Of a stretch of DNA of 61,811 bases, positions 26,354 to 35,146 are shown in pieces (within the stretch, counting starts at the first letter, position 1; the number at the start of each line of letters is the position of its first letter). The notes under the pieces are model-generated. The model did no database searches. It saw only the letters and a list, made by a program, of their open reading frames with translations, and was not told the DNA's origin. The position numbers and the translations under genes were made by a program. The DNA is from an uncultured Candidatus Saccharibacteria bacterium (GTDB lineage: Bacteria > Patescibacteriota > Minisyncoccia > Phycocordibacterales > UBA12088), in assembly GCA_964383505.1 (NCBI GenBank), contig CAYLHB010000002.1, positions 1 to 61,811 on the forward strand. The letters run 5' to 3'.

Positions 26354-28854
26354 GTGATTTTTTCCGAGGATTTGCGAGCCTCCAAAAGATTCCCGTATTC
26401 CTGTTGAGTAGCGAGAATAAACTCAAAGATTGGTTGAACCAATTCGTCAAACTCCTCGATTAGTGAGGCGGGAGGATTAACAACCTGAATATTCTTAAGT
26501 GTCGCCGTTGTAATGGCGTCAAAAACTCCACCTACAGCAATCTTCTGCAGACTCTCTATTAATCTTTGGACAAGAAGGTACACATAGAAGCTGGAAATCC
26601 CGTCTTTTCCCTTGAGAGCGTAGCATGATTGGTTCATTGCCATGGGTACACCCGCAAGTGCAAGTTTTCCTACTGTGCCACGTGCAGTGAGAAAAACAGT
26701 ATTCTTCGGATATAGTGAGCTGTTGCAGTTCTCTAAGCCTTCCTGTGTTATATATTTCTCAGTTTTTAAAGAATAGAATGAACCGTTTGCATCGCCGGGT
26801 GTAAAAAATGGAATAGCGCCATTCCAATATTCGTTAACGTCTGTTTTTGGGGTACCCCCACCGAGAACATCCACATTATCGGTCAGAGCACCCTTAGACC
26901 AACCTTCTGGAATTTGACCCATTCCACTGTCGACAAGTTTGATATTCGAATTAGATGGATAATTGAATTTTACAAACCACTCAGCAAAAATTCGCTTGCA
27001 CAAATCTTCTAATATTTCGCGTGAAGAGAAGTCCAGGTCACTCCAATCGTGATGAGGATAGAATTTACTTAGTTTTGAAGAAATTTCTCTGTTAAGAGCT
27101 TGGTTGGTCTTCGTTTGCTTTTTTAGAAAACGAGAAGTTATTGCGAGATTTTCATCAAACGACACCTTTTCATTCTCAGACTCCACGAGGCCCACATACA
27201 GTCCGGGGTTGAGATAATATTTGTTACTCCTAATTTGCTCAAGATTTACAGACTTACAAAAACCAGGAATGTCGTTATATTTTTCAGCATCTGACTCGCC
27301 ACGCCAAGCACGAACAACGTTTGCTATTTGCTTAATATGATCCGGGTTTAAGACAACCTGTTTTCGAGAAATCTGCTCAAATATGTTCCTTGCGTCGACG
27401 AAGAGTGTCTCACCTGGGCGTTTCCGAAAACGATCTCCAGATTTATTTTTTGCCAGAAACCAAAGGGAGACTGGCAAAGGTACATTGTAAAAAAGTTTAG
27501 GGGGACAAGAAATAATAACGTCCACCAAATCCGCTTCAACTAATTTTTGGCGAAGTTCACCCTCCTTGCCTGCAACAGCTGTTGCACCATTGGGCATAAC
27601 GAACCCAGCATACCCATTTGGTGCGAGATGGTGAGTAAAATGCTGTACCCACATAAAGTTTGCGTTACTACTTTGTGGCACGCCAAGAGTGATACGAGGA
27701 TCGCTATCTGACAGTTTGGATGGATCCCACTCTGCATTGAAAGGAGGATTAGCGATAACGAAATCAGCTTGCAGATGAGGGAACTTATCTTCGTAGTAGG
27801 TATTGCCAAGCTCAATCTTTCCAGAGAGTCCGCGAATCGCAAGGTTCATCTTTGCGAGTCGAAGAGTGGTCTGATTACTCTCCTGACCATTTATAGCCAG
27901 TTTGGAAGAATCTTGCCCATGATTGCGAAGATACTCACCCATGGATACAAACATTCCTCCACTTCCACAGGCAGGGTCTAATACGCGGGCGTTTTCGTAA
28001 GGTTCAAGAATTTCAACAAGAAGCTTGACGATTGACCGAGGGGTAAAAAATTCACCTCCACGCTTTCCTTCGGAAGAAGCAAACTGGCCGAGGAAGTATT
28101 CATAAATACGACCAAGAATGTCTTTCTCCCGGTCGAAATCATGGTCGAACGAAATACGGGAGAAAATGTTTACAAGCTCACCAATCACCGCATGGTCAAG
28201 AGTCGTGCGTGTATATATCTTTGGCAGAACGCCCTCCAGCTCTGCGTGGTTGTCGTCCTCGATATACTCCATAGCTTTGTCGAGCACTTGTCCAATGTCC
28301 GACTGCATCGTCTTGGTCTGTAAGTACTCCCAACGTGACTTTGCAGGGACATAGAACACGCCTACGCTTTTATAGAAATCCTTAGTCTCAAGTATCTGTG
28401 CACGTGCTTTGTCGTCAGCTACGTAAAAATCCTCATTATTTGGATTACGCGTGAACGTTTCGAGCTCTTCACGCCGCTTAACGAACGCATCAGAAATGTA
28501 CTTCAAAAATAGAAGCCCAAGCACTATATTTTTATACTCCGACACGTCAATATTGCCCCTAAGCTTGTCGGCTGCCGCCCATAGCTCCTTTTCAAAACTT
28601 AGGTCGTGGTGCACGCCTTTCCCTACCACGCTTTCTCGTATTTTGCCTTTCTCTTTCTCAATGCGCCCTTGCAACTCCGCGGATAAGGAGGACTTTGGTA
28701 TAAGGTAGGTGGGTTTTGAGGGATCGCCGACATTTTCAGCCTCAATCTCACCTTTTTTGATCTTCTGGTGTACTGCGACACGAGATATCCCCAGCATCTT
28801 GGCAAGCTGGGTGGGCGTTATGAATTCTGTTTTGTTTATTGGCATGATTGCCAT
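26350..28854 (-). CDS. hsdM: Fusion: N-terminal HTH + type I N6-adenine methyltransferase (HsdM) + single-TRD half HsdS
   Basis: HTH ITPTQLAKMLGISRVAVHQKIKKGEI. HsdM N-domain LWAAADKLRGN. Motif I LDPACGSGGMF and motif IV NPPFN. The C-terminal ~250 aa look like one HsdS target-recognition domain plus a conserved helix (LGGGTPKT...FFTPGD...ARGTVGK...NQSCYAL). Confidence 0.8.
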   Translation of the reverse strand: MAIMPINKTEFITPTQLAKMLGISRVAVHQKIKKGEIEAENVGDPSKPTYLIPKSSLSAELQGRIEKEKGKIRESVVGKGVHHDLSFEKELWAAADKLRGNIDVSEYKNIVLGLLFLKYISDAFVKRREELETFTRNPNNEDFYVADDKARAQILETKDFYKSVGVFYVPAKSRWEYLQTKTMQSDIGQVLDKAMEYIEDDNHAELEGVLPKIYTRTTLDHAVIGELVNIFSRISFDHDFDREKDILGRIYEYFLGQFASSEGKRGGEFFTPRSIVKLLVEILEPYENARVLDPACGSGGMFVSMGEYLRNHGQDSSKLAINGQESNQTTLRLAKMNLAIRGLSGKIELGNTYYEDKFPHLQADFVIANPPFNAEWDPSKLSDSDPRITLGVPQSSNANFMWVQHFTHHLAPNGYAGFVMPNGATAVAGKEGELRQKLVEADLVDVIISCPPKLFYNVPLPVSLWFLAKNKSGDRFRKRPGETLFVDARNIFEQISRKQVVLNPDHIKQIANVVRAWRGESDAEKYNDIPGFCKSVNLEQIRSNKYYLNPGLYVGLVESENEKVSFDENLAITSRFLKKQTKTNQALNREISSKLSKFYPHHDWSDLDFSSREILEDLCKRIFAEWFVKFNYPSNSNIKLVDSGMGQIPEGWSKGALTDNVDVLGGGTPKTDVNEYWNGAIPFFTPGDANGSFYSLKTEKYITQEGLENCNSSLYPKNTVFLTARGTVGKLALAGVPMAMNQSCYALKGKDGISSFYVYLLVQRLIESLQKIAVGGVFDAITTATLKNIQVVNPPASLIEEFDELVQPIFEFILATQQEYGNLLEARKSSEKIT

Positions 28855-29105
28855 CCTAGCACAATGTGTTGCTAAATGCAACTTAACATGTGTAAAGTTG
28901 CGTGGCACCCTGTGTCCTGTATACTACAAGAGGTTCCAACGCAAAACGACGACCCTCTCGCAAAAAAGGAAGTCGTCGCTATGCGGTAGCCTCTGCAGTC
29001 GGGGTGAACGTTGGTGCGTTCTGACTGCCGAGTACAAAGGGTCTGTACCCCTGTTCCTACAGCCTACACACCCCACTGCACATTACAAGCACCAGCATCT
29101 AATAA

Positions 29106-29381
29106 GTGCCTATGGTACTCATGCTGACCTACGACCTAAACAAGGTCAAAGACTACAGGAAACTGTACGCGGCTATCGAGCAGCTGGGCGAGACCAAGCG
29201 CGACCCCAACCTAGACTCTGTCTGGTTCATCGCGACGTCGCTCAGCCCAAACCAAGCGTGCGACCACATCCGTTCGGCAACAGATCGAGATGATCACCAC
29301 TTCATCTGTCGACTCAGCTCTGGTAACCACCAGGGGTGGATGAGCAAGGAAGTGTGGGACTGGATCAATAGCCATCTATGA
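29106..29381 (+). CDS. Hypothetical small protein (91 aa)
   Basis: ORF MPMVLMLTYDLNKVKDYRKLYAAIEQLG..., followed by a strong hairpin. It has only a vague Cas2/VapD-like beta-alpha start. An alternative ATG lies at 29112. Confidence 0.4.
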   Translation: MPMVLMLTYDLNKVKDYRKLYAAIEQLGETKRDPNLDSVWFIATSLSPNQACDHIRSATDRDDHHFICRLSSGNHQGWMSKEVWDWINSHL

Positions 29382-29388
29382 TGATGGT

Positions 29389-29418
29389 AGACAAGCCGAC
29401 CGCAAGGTCGGCTTGTCT
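29389..29418. terminator. Bidirectional hairpin terminator between convergent genes
   Basis: AGACAAGCCGACC-GCAA-GGTCGGCTTGTCT, a perfect 13-bp stem. Confidence 0.7.
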
Positions 29419-29502
29419 GTACGGTGCTATGAGTTGAGTGCCTGTCGTATCCTGCCACGAACCTCAGGGACCGTTGAGAGGATGCAGTGGAGGCCAGTGA
29501 GA

Positions 29503-30609
29503 TTACTGCTCCAACGTATGCCTGACCCAGGTACAGATGTCGAAGAACTTTTGCTGTGCGTCAGGATTCGCGAGTGCGGCAAGTGGTAGCCTGAGTGCGC
29601 TGTAGCCGTCGACGTTTGACGTGTCGACTTCGGCACCCTCGATCGTTCGTAACTGCTCAAGGATCTCTACGCGCTTTTCTGGTAGGTCAAACGGTGCTGG
29701 ACTCAAGTTACCCTGATGCGGTGCATTCCACCCCAGCTTACCGTCGCCCGATACGACAAACGGAACAAACTTCTTTCCTTCCCTGTTGTAGAAGCGTGGG
29801 AAGAAACCACCGCGTTGGCTTGTGGCCCAAGAAACCTCCATATTGTTGTTTTGTGTCCACTCAAGCATGGCTTGTGCCGCTTTGACCTCTGCATCCCCAT
29901 AGCTCTGTAAATGCGCTTTGAACAGCTCCCAATTCCACACCTTACCCTGTGCGCTCTTTACGGTGCCAATCTCTTTCTTCACTTCTGCACCGAAGATCTT
30001 GGGGATGATGATTTCGTACGTGTCGTGAGTGTAGTATTCGAGTTCAACGGCATAGATATCAAACTGACTGTTTTGGTTCACGTAGAGAATGAGATCTTTG
30101 AGTCGGTCATCAAGCTTGTCCATGAGAACCACGAAGTGAAACACCCCGTCGTCGAGGTTTGAACGCATACGATCGAGTATCACGCTGACCTCATCGTCAG
30201 TGAGGTTGAAAAAGTCTTGCGCTTTTGCAGCTGCACGCATACCAAACACCTTTTGCGTATGCTGGTCGAGGATTGAGAGAAACTCATTGAAATCACCCGA
30301 ATGCTTCCAGAGTGCAGCACCGTAGTCGAGTGCTTGCGCAATAACGGTACGCTTGTCGGTGTTCTTGTAGAGTTTTGTTTCAACAATATAGATACTGCCA
30401 TACTGGTCGATACCGAGTGCATCGATAGGGCCGCTGTTGGTAGAAAACTCACGAGCGAGGATAAGTAGTCGTATATCCTCCTTGATATCGTAGAGTGGGA
30501 TGCTCTCCGGATTCTGATATATGTACTCTTGGAGATAGTTCTCCTTTTCGATGGTAGACTTCTCTACCCGAACGGCTTTGTTGCCGTCCTTGGAAATGAT
30601 TATAGACAT
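29503..30609 (-). CDS. PD-(D/E)xK nuclease-like protein (NucS/DUF91-like N-terminal domain)
   Basis: ENYLQEYIYQNPESIPL...IDALGIDQYGSIYIVETKLYKN gives a D...E-x-K motif. The 200-aa C-terminal region is unknown. Confidence 0.55.
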   Translation of the reverse strand: MSIIISKDGNKAVRVEKSTIEKENYLQEYIYQNPESIPLYDIKEDIRLLILAREFSTNSGPIDALGIDQYGSIYIVETKLYKNTDKRTVIAQALDYGAALWKHSGDFNEFLSILDQHTQKVFGMRAAAKAQDFFNLTDDEVSVILDRMRSNLDDGVFHFVVLMDKLDDRLKDLILYVNQNSQFDIYAVELEYYTHDTYEIIIPKIFGAEVKKEIGTVKSAQGKVWNWELFKAHLQSYGDAEVKAAQAMLEWTQNNNMEVSWATSQRGGFFPRFYNREGKKFVPFVVSGDGKLGWNAPHQGNLSPAPFDLPEKRVEILEQLRTIEGAEVDTSNVDGYSALRLPLAALANPDAQQKFFDICTWVRHTLEQ

Positions 30610-31186
30610 GGTGTTGCTTGCGGTTTAGCCGATGGCCGGATGCACAAAGCCCGCCACCAGGAGAGTCCGAAGACTCCTACCAGAGTTTCCCCTGATAACG
30701 CAAGCAACGCCCTGAATGACGGGTTCTCTACGTTGCTTGCGATTCTTAGACCATGCCGCCAGCATGTGCTGATGGTTTAGGTCCTGCCCCTTTCGGGATT
30801 ACTATTCAGTTGTACACTAAGAGAATAGCGCACAATTGAGCTCCCGTCGACTCTAGGGGTACCCTAACTTAGCTTCGGACGGTTGCGAAGCTTGCATCTC
30901 AAACCATGTGTGCTGTAAACTAAATGCAGTCCAGTGAATTCGTTCACCTTTCGCGCCAAAACAAAATGAGGCGGCGAGATGCAATGCATCTTTTGAGTCG
31001 AGGCAGTTGCCGGGTGATGGTCGTCTAACGGCTATCTACCAAGGGGCCATTGACGGAGGTAACAAACGTAACCAATCATGGTTAGTGTTTGTTGCATCCG
31101 TCGAGTGTCTCTACAGACGTATGCAAAAACACCAACCACAGCGTTGGTGTTTTTGCTGGACTGATTACCAACTAATCAGTCACAGT
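30610..31186. other. 577-bp structured non-coding spacer (candidate ncRNA, regulatory region or pac/ori-like region)
   Basis: No credible ORF. GTTGCTTGCG occurs at ~30612 and ~30733, with its complement CGCAAGCAAC at ~30699. There is an internal hairpin GGAGAGTC-CGAA-GACTCC. The spacer ends in a plus-strand terminator. Confidence 0.45.
31123..31156 (+). terminator. Intrinsic terminator just upstream of the ParB-MTase gene
   Basis: GCAAAAACACCAAC-CACAGC-GTTGGTGTTTTTGC with a U-rich 3' side. Confidence 0.7.
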
Positions 31187-32467
31187 ATGGCGAAGCAAAA
31201 GTTAGCATGGCGCACCGAACGCCGCAAAGTAAAGGACCTTATTCGCTATGTAAAGAACCCTCGCAAATTATCAGAAGCACAGCTTGATGGACTGAAGCGC
31301 AGCCTCAAGAAGTTCAACCTTGCCGAGTTGCCTGCCATCAATACGGACGGCACCCTGGTTGCGGGAAATCAGCGAGTACTTGCACTCTCGCTGATTGGGC
31401 GTGAAGAGGAAGAAATCGAAGTACGGGTACCGAATCGGCCGCTGTCCGAAGCGGAGTTTCGCGACTATCTGCTCACGTCTAACAGGTCTGGAGGATCATG
31501 GGACTTCGAGAAGTTAGCGGCCGAGTTCGACATTGATGAACTCCTCACGGCTGGATTCGATTCGCTCGACCTCTCAAACATTTTTGACGACAACCTGGAG
31601 ATTGTTGACGATGCGTTTGATGAGGAAAAGGAGGTACAGAAAGCGCTTGATACCGATATCAAACCCGGGGACTATTTTGCCCTCGGTCGGCATCGGCTGC
31701 TTTGCGCTGACGCTACCGACCCAGAGAACGTGAAGCGTTTGATGGCTGGGGAAACTGCCGACATGGTCAACGATGATTTACCCTTCAATATCGACCTGTC
31801 GTATGACAAAGGGGTCGGAAACAAGGCTCGCTATGGCGGAACCACCAATGACAATAAGACTGATGCGGAGTACGAGCGATTTGTGGGAAGTGTGATGCAG
31901 AATGCCCTCACGGTAAGTAAAGCAAATGCACACATCATGTTCTGGTGTGACGAACGGTATGTCTGGCTTTTCCAGGAGCTCTACAAGGAACTCGGGATTG
32001 ATTCGAAGCGTCTTTGTGTCTGGATTAAAGACAATCAGTCACCTACCCCGAAGAATGCCTTCAATAAGGTGACGGAGTTTTGTGTGTACGGCACCATTGG
32101 TCGGCCATGGCTGAATGACAAGATTAAGAACCTGAACGAAATTCAGAACAAGGAAGTGACGTCAGGCAATCGACTCACTGACGACATTCTCGACCTCCTA
32201 AACATCTGGCTCGTTAAGCGCCTACCCAGTTCCGAGTATCAGCATCCGACACAAAAGAGCCCTACGCTCCATGAAAAAGCGCTTCGTCGTTGTACTCGAC
32301 CCGGTGATATCGTGCTCGACCTTACTGCTGGCTCGGGAAGTATCCTCTCGGCATGCGAGCAATTAAAGAGAACTGCATACATGTGCGAGATGGAGCCAGT
32401 GTTCTGCCAAGTCATTATTAACCGCTTTAAGCAACTCTCACATGTCGAAGTCATCAAACTCAATTAA
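31187..32467 (+). CDS. ParB-like nuclease N-domain fused to a beta-class N4/N6 DNA methyltransferase
   Basis: The ATG at 31187 lies after the terminator. The N-terminus IRYVKNPRK...AGNQRVLAL is ParB-like. It has a DLPFN (degenerate DPPY) motif, then HPTQKSP and LDLTAGSGS (motif I). Confidence 0.8.
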   Translation: MAKQKLAWRTERRKVKDLIRYVKNPRKLSEAQLDGLKRSLKKFNLAELPAINTDGTLVAGNQRVLALSLIGREEEEIEVRVPNRPLSEAEFRDYLLTSNRSGGSWDFEKLAAEFDIDELLTAGFDSLDLSNIFDDNLEIVDDAFDEEKEVQKALDTDIKPGDYFALGRHRLLCADATDPENVKRLMAGETADMVNDDLPFNIDLSYDKGVGNKARYGGTTNDNKTDAEYERFVGSVMQNALTVSKANAHIMFWCDERYVWLFQELYKELGIDSKRLCVWIKDNQSPTPKNAFNKVTEFCVYGTIGRPWLNDKIKNLNEIQNKEVTSGNRLTDDILDLLNIWLVKRLPSSEYQHPTQKSPTLHEKALRRCTRPGDIVLDLTAGSGSILSACEQLKRTAYMCEMEPVFCQVIINRFKQLSHVEVIKLN

Positions 32468-33203
32468 GCCCGGGGACATCTTTTGCCTCAGTAGCCATCT
32501 TCTTCTGTGTGGGGATGCACGTAGCAAGGATATGGTCGCCAAGCTCGTTGGAAAGAATAAAATCAATGCCGTCATTTCGGACCCCCCGTACGGTGTTGCT
32601 GTGACTGAAAGCAAGGAGGGGTTCCAGACGCTCGCTAAGAGCAAAGTAATTGCGAACGACCACCTCCAAAGCGACGAGGAGTACCGCAAGTTCAGTAGTG
32701 ATTGGATCGGAGTGATTACACCTTTCCTTGCCCGCAAGAATTCCATCTACATCTTCAACTCCGACAAGATGGTTTTTGCCCTGCGCGAGGGGTTGGTCCA
32801 GGGAGGCGTCAAGTTCGCCCAGCTCCTCATATGGGTCAAGACGCATGCCGTTATAGGACGGATGGACTACGCACCACAGCACGAACTCATCGCTTATGGC
32901 TGGTACGGCACACACGAGTTTCTTAAATCCAAAGACAAGAGTGTCCTCGTATACCCAAAACCGAACAAAAGCGCGATGCACCCTACAACAAAGCCGATCG
33001 CACTCATACGTCATCTTATTCTCAACTGCACCCGAGTCGGTGACGTGGTGTTCGATGGCTTCCTTGGATCAGGTACCACCCTGCTCGCTTGTGAGCAGAC
33101 CAAGCGTATCTGTATCGGTGTTGAACTCGACCCAGAGTATTGCCAAACCATCATCGCGCGGTACGAAAAGTTAACCGGTCGTAAGGCAGAGCGGTATGAG
33201 TAG
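32442..33203 (+). CDS. Beta-class N4/N6 DNA methyltransferase
   Basis: SDPPYGV (motif IV), HPTTKP, FDGFLGSGTT (motif I). It overlaps the upstream MTase gene by 26 nt. Confidence 0.85.
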   Translation: MSKSSNSIKPGDIFCLSSHLLLCGDARSKDMVAKLVGKNKINAVISDPPYGVAVTESKEGFQTLAKSKVIANDHLQSDEEYRKFSSDWIGVITPFLARKNSIYIFNSDKMVFALREGLVQGGVKFAQLLIWVKTHAVIGRMDYAPQHELIAYGWYGTHEFLKSKDKSVLVYPKPNKSAMHPTTKPIALIRHLILNCTRVGDVVFDGFLGSGTTLLACEQTKRICIGVELDPEYCQTIIARYEKLTGRKAERYE

Positions 33204-33621
33204 ACGTGACACCATCACCGCTCGGCAAAACAAACTCAAGGAGGCGTTCCTCGAGCAACTTAAACGCACTCCCACAATCGAGACAGCATGCCAGAAAGTC
33301 GGCGTTGCGCGGGCGACCGTATACCGCTGGATAAAAGCAGACAAGCGGTTTGAAAAACAGGTGGATGGAGCACTTACCGAAGGCCGCATGTTTATGAGCG
33401 ATATTGCAGAGAACCAGCTTTTTTCGCTCATTGGAGATAAGAAGATTGAAGCGATTAGACTGTACCTCTCGACGCATAACCCCCGGTATAGCAACAAACT
33501 GGAGGTGTCTAATTCCCTTCTAGACAACAACGAGCCGCTCACAAAAGAGCAGAAGAAACTAATTCGCGAAGCGCTCAAGCTCTCCTCCTTACGCAACTAT
33601 GGCAAGAAAAAAGAAAAGTAA
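33196..33621 (+). CDS. HTH protein, terminase small-subunit-like
   Basis: 141 aa. ETACQKVGVARATVYRWIKAD is an HTH. It lies immediately upstream of and overlapping the large terminase gene. Confidence 0.55.
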   Translation: MSRRDTITARQNKLKEAFLEQLKRTPTIETACQKVGVARATVYRWIKADKRFEKQVDGALTEGRMFMSDIAENQLFSLIGDKKIEAIRLYLSTHNPRYSNKLEVSNSLLDNNEPLTKEQKKLIREALKLSSLRNYGKKKEK

Positions 33622-35077
33622 ATCAGAGCAACTTTTTGACACGGTGCTCTCTGATAAGGTAATGCGCAAAGCTCTCGTGCGGCAGCGTCTTGAGTATTTC
33701 TTCCCGATCTACTTTCATCGATACCTGCAATACGAGACGGCGGACTTCCACAACGAGCTATTCGATATCCTCGAGGACGAGACGAACAAGCTTGCGGTCA
33801 TTTGCGCCTTCCGTGGGTCCGCCAAGTCGACTATTGTCACGACCGCCTACGTACTGTGGTCAATATTGGGGGTGCAACAGCGTAAATTTATTGTCATCTG
33901 CGGACAGACCGAGCAGAAGTCGCGGCAGTACCTCCTCAATATCAAGAACGAACTGATGCACAACGACCTGCTGAAGAAAGACCTCGGGCCATTTACGGAG
34001 GAAAGAAACGATCTGGGCAATGCTACGGCGATCATCATTAAGCGACTCAACGTAAAGATTATGATTAGCTCCGTCGAGCAGAGCATCCGTGGTATGCGCC
34101 ACGGCGAGTATCGTCCAGATCTCATCATTCTCGACGACATCGAGGACACCAACTCGGTTAAAACCAGAGAGGGTCGCGACAAAGCATTCAACTGGCTCAC
34201 GAGCGAGGTGATTCCTGCGGGAGATAAGCGAACACGTGTGATTGCGGTGGGCAACCTCCTCCACGAAGACTCTGTACTGAAACGCCTCCAGAGAAAGATC
34301 GAGAGCGGCGAGATGACGCACCTCAACGGCGTATATCGGGAGTATCCCATTGTGGATATTCAAGGCAATCCCCTCTGGCCGGGCAAGTATCCAACAACCG
34401 ACGACATTGAAGCAGAACGACAGAAGACTATGAGCGAAACAGCTTGGTATCGAGAGTACCTCCTTAAGATCATCTCGACCGAAGAGCAAGTAGTGCACCC
34501 TGAATGGATTCAGTGCTACAGCACCGAGCCACGGCACAATTTGCGGAACATATCAATCGGAATTGATTTGGCAGTGAGTGAGAAAGAATCAGCCGACTGC
34601 ACCGCCATGGTGGTCGGATACACGCACGGCTACGGCAAGGACATGTGTATATACATACAGCCAAATCCCATAAATGCGCGTATGACGTTTCCAGAACAAG
34701 TTGCATGCATCAAGTCACTCGTTGCAGTGCATAAGCAGACACATTATCGCGTCAAGTTGTATATCGAGGATGTTGGGTACCAAAAAGCTCTGGTGCAGGT
34801 ATTTGATAGTCAAAAATATGACGTCGAGGGAGTACCGACCGGAAGGAGCGACAAAACAGCACGTCTGCGGTTGACCACGTCATTCATTAAGGAAGGTAGG
34901 GTGCTCTTCCCCGAGACCGGGTGCGAAGAGCTCATTGAGCAACTGACGGGATTTGGTAAGGAGAAGCATGACGACCTTGCAGACGCCTTCGCGATTCTGG
35001 TCTTAAAGATCATTGAGAACAATCCTAAGGGAGGATCATGTGGCATCTTCACGGGCCCGCGCCCAGACGCCTTGTAA
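33599..35077 (+). CDS. Phage terminase large subunit
   Basis: Walker A-like FRGSAKST, Walker B LIILDDIED, and C-terminal RNase-H-like nuclease acidic residues (GIDLAV..., HDDLADAF). Confidence 0.8.
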   Translation: MARKKKSKSEQLFDTVLSDKVMRKALVRQRLEYFFPIYFHRYLQYETADFHNELFDILEDETNKLAVICAFRGSAKSTIVTTAYVLWSILGVQQRKFIVICGQTEQKSRQYLLNIKNELMHNDLLKKDLGPFTEERNDLGNATAIIIKRLNVKIMISSVEQSIRGMRHGEYRPDLIILDDIEDTNSVKTREGRDKAFNWLTSEVIPAGDKRTRVIAVGNLLHEDSVLKRLQRKIESGEMTHLNGVYREYPIVDIQGNPLWPGKYPTTDDIEAERQKTMSETAWYREYLLKIISTEEQVVHPEWIQCYSTEPRHNLRNISIGIDLAVSEKESADCTAMVVGYTHGYGKDMCIYIQPNPINARMTFPEQVACIKSLVAVHKQTHYRVKLYIEDVGYQKALVQVFDSQKYDVEGVPTGRSDKTARLRLTTSFIKEGRVLFPETGCEELIEQLTGFGKEKHDDLADAFAILVLKIIENNPKGGSCGIFTGPRPDAL

Positions 35078-35146
35078 CGGTTACCAACTTAAGGAGGTTC
35101 GGGCACACTAGACTGTTGGGGCGTGTTGCGTCATTCATTGTGGTGT

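Noticed and set aside
31007-31186. Upstream 60-codon extension of the ParB-MTase ORF
   Set aside because: The extension would read through a strong intrinsic terminator hairpin (31123-31156). Homology begins at the ATG at 31187.
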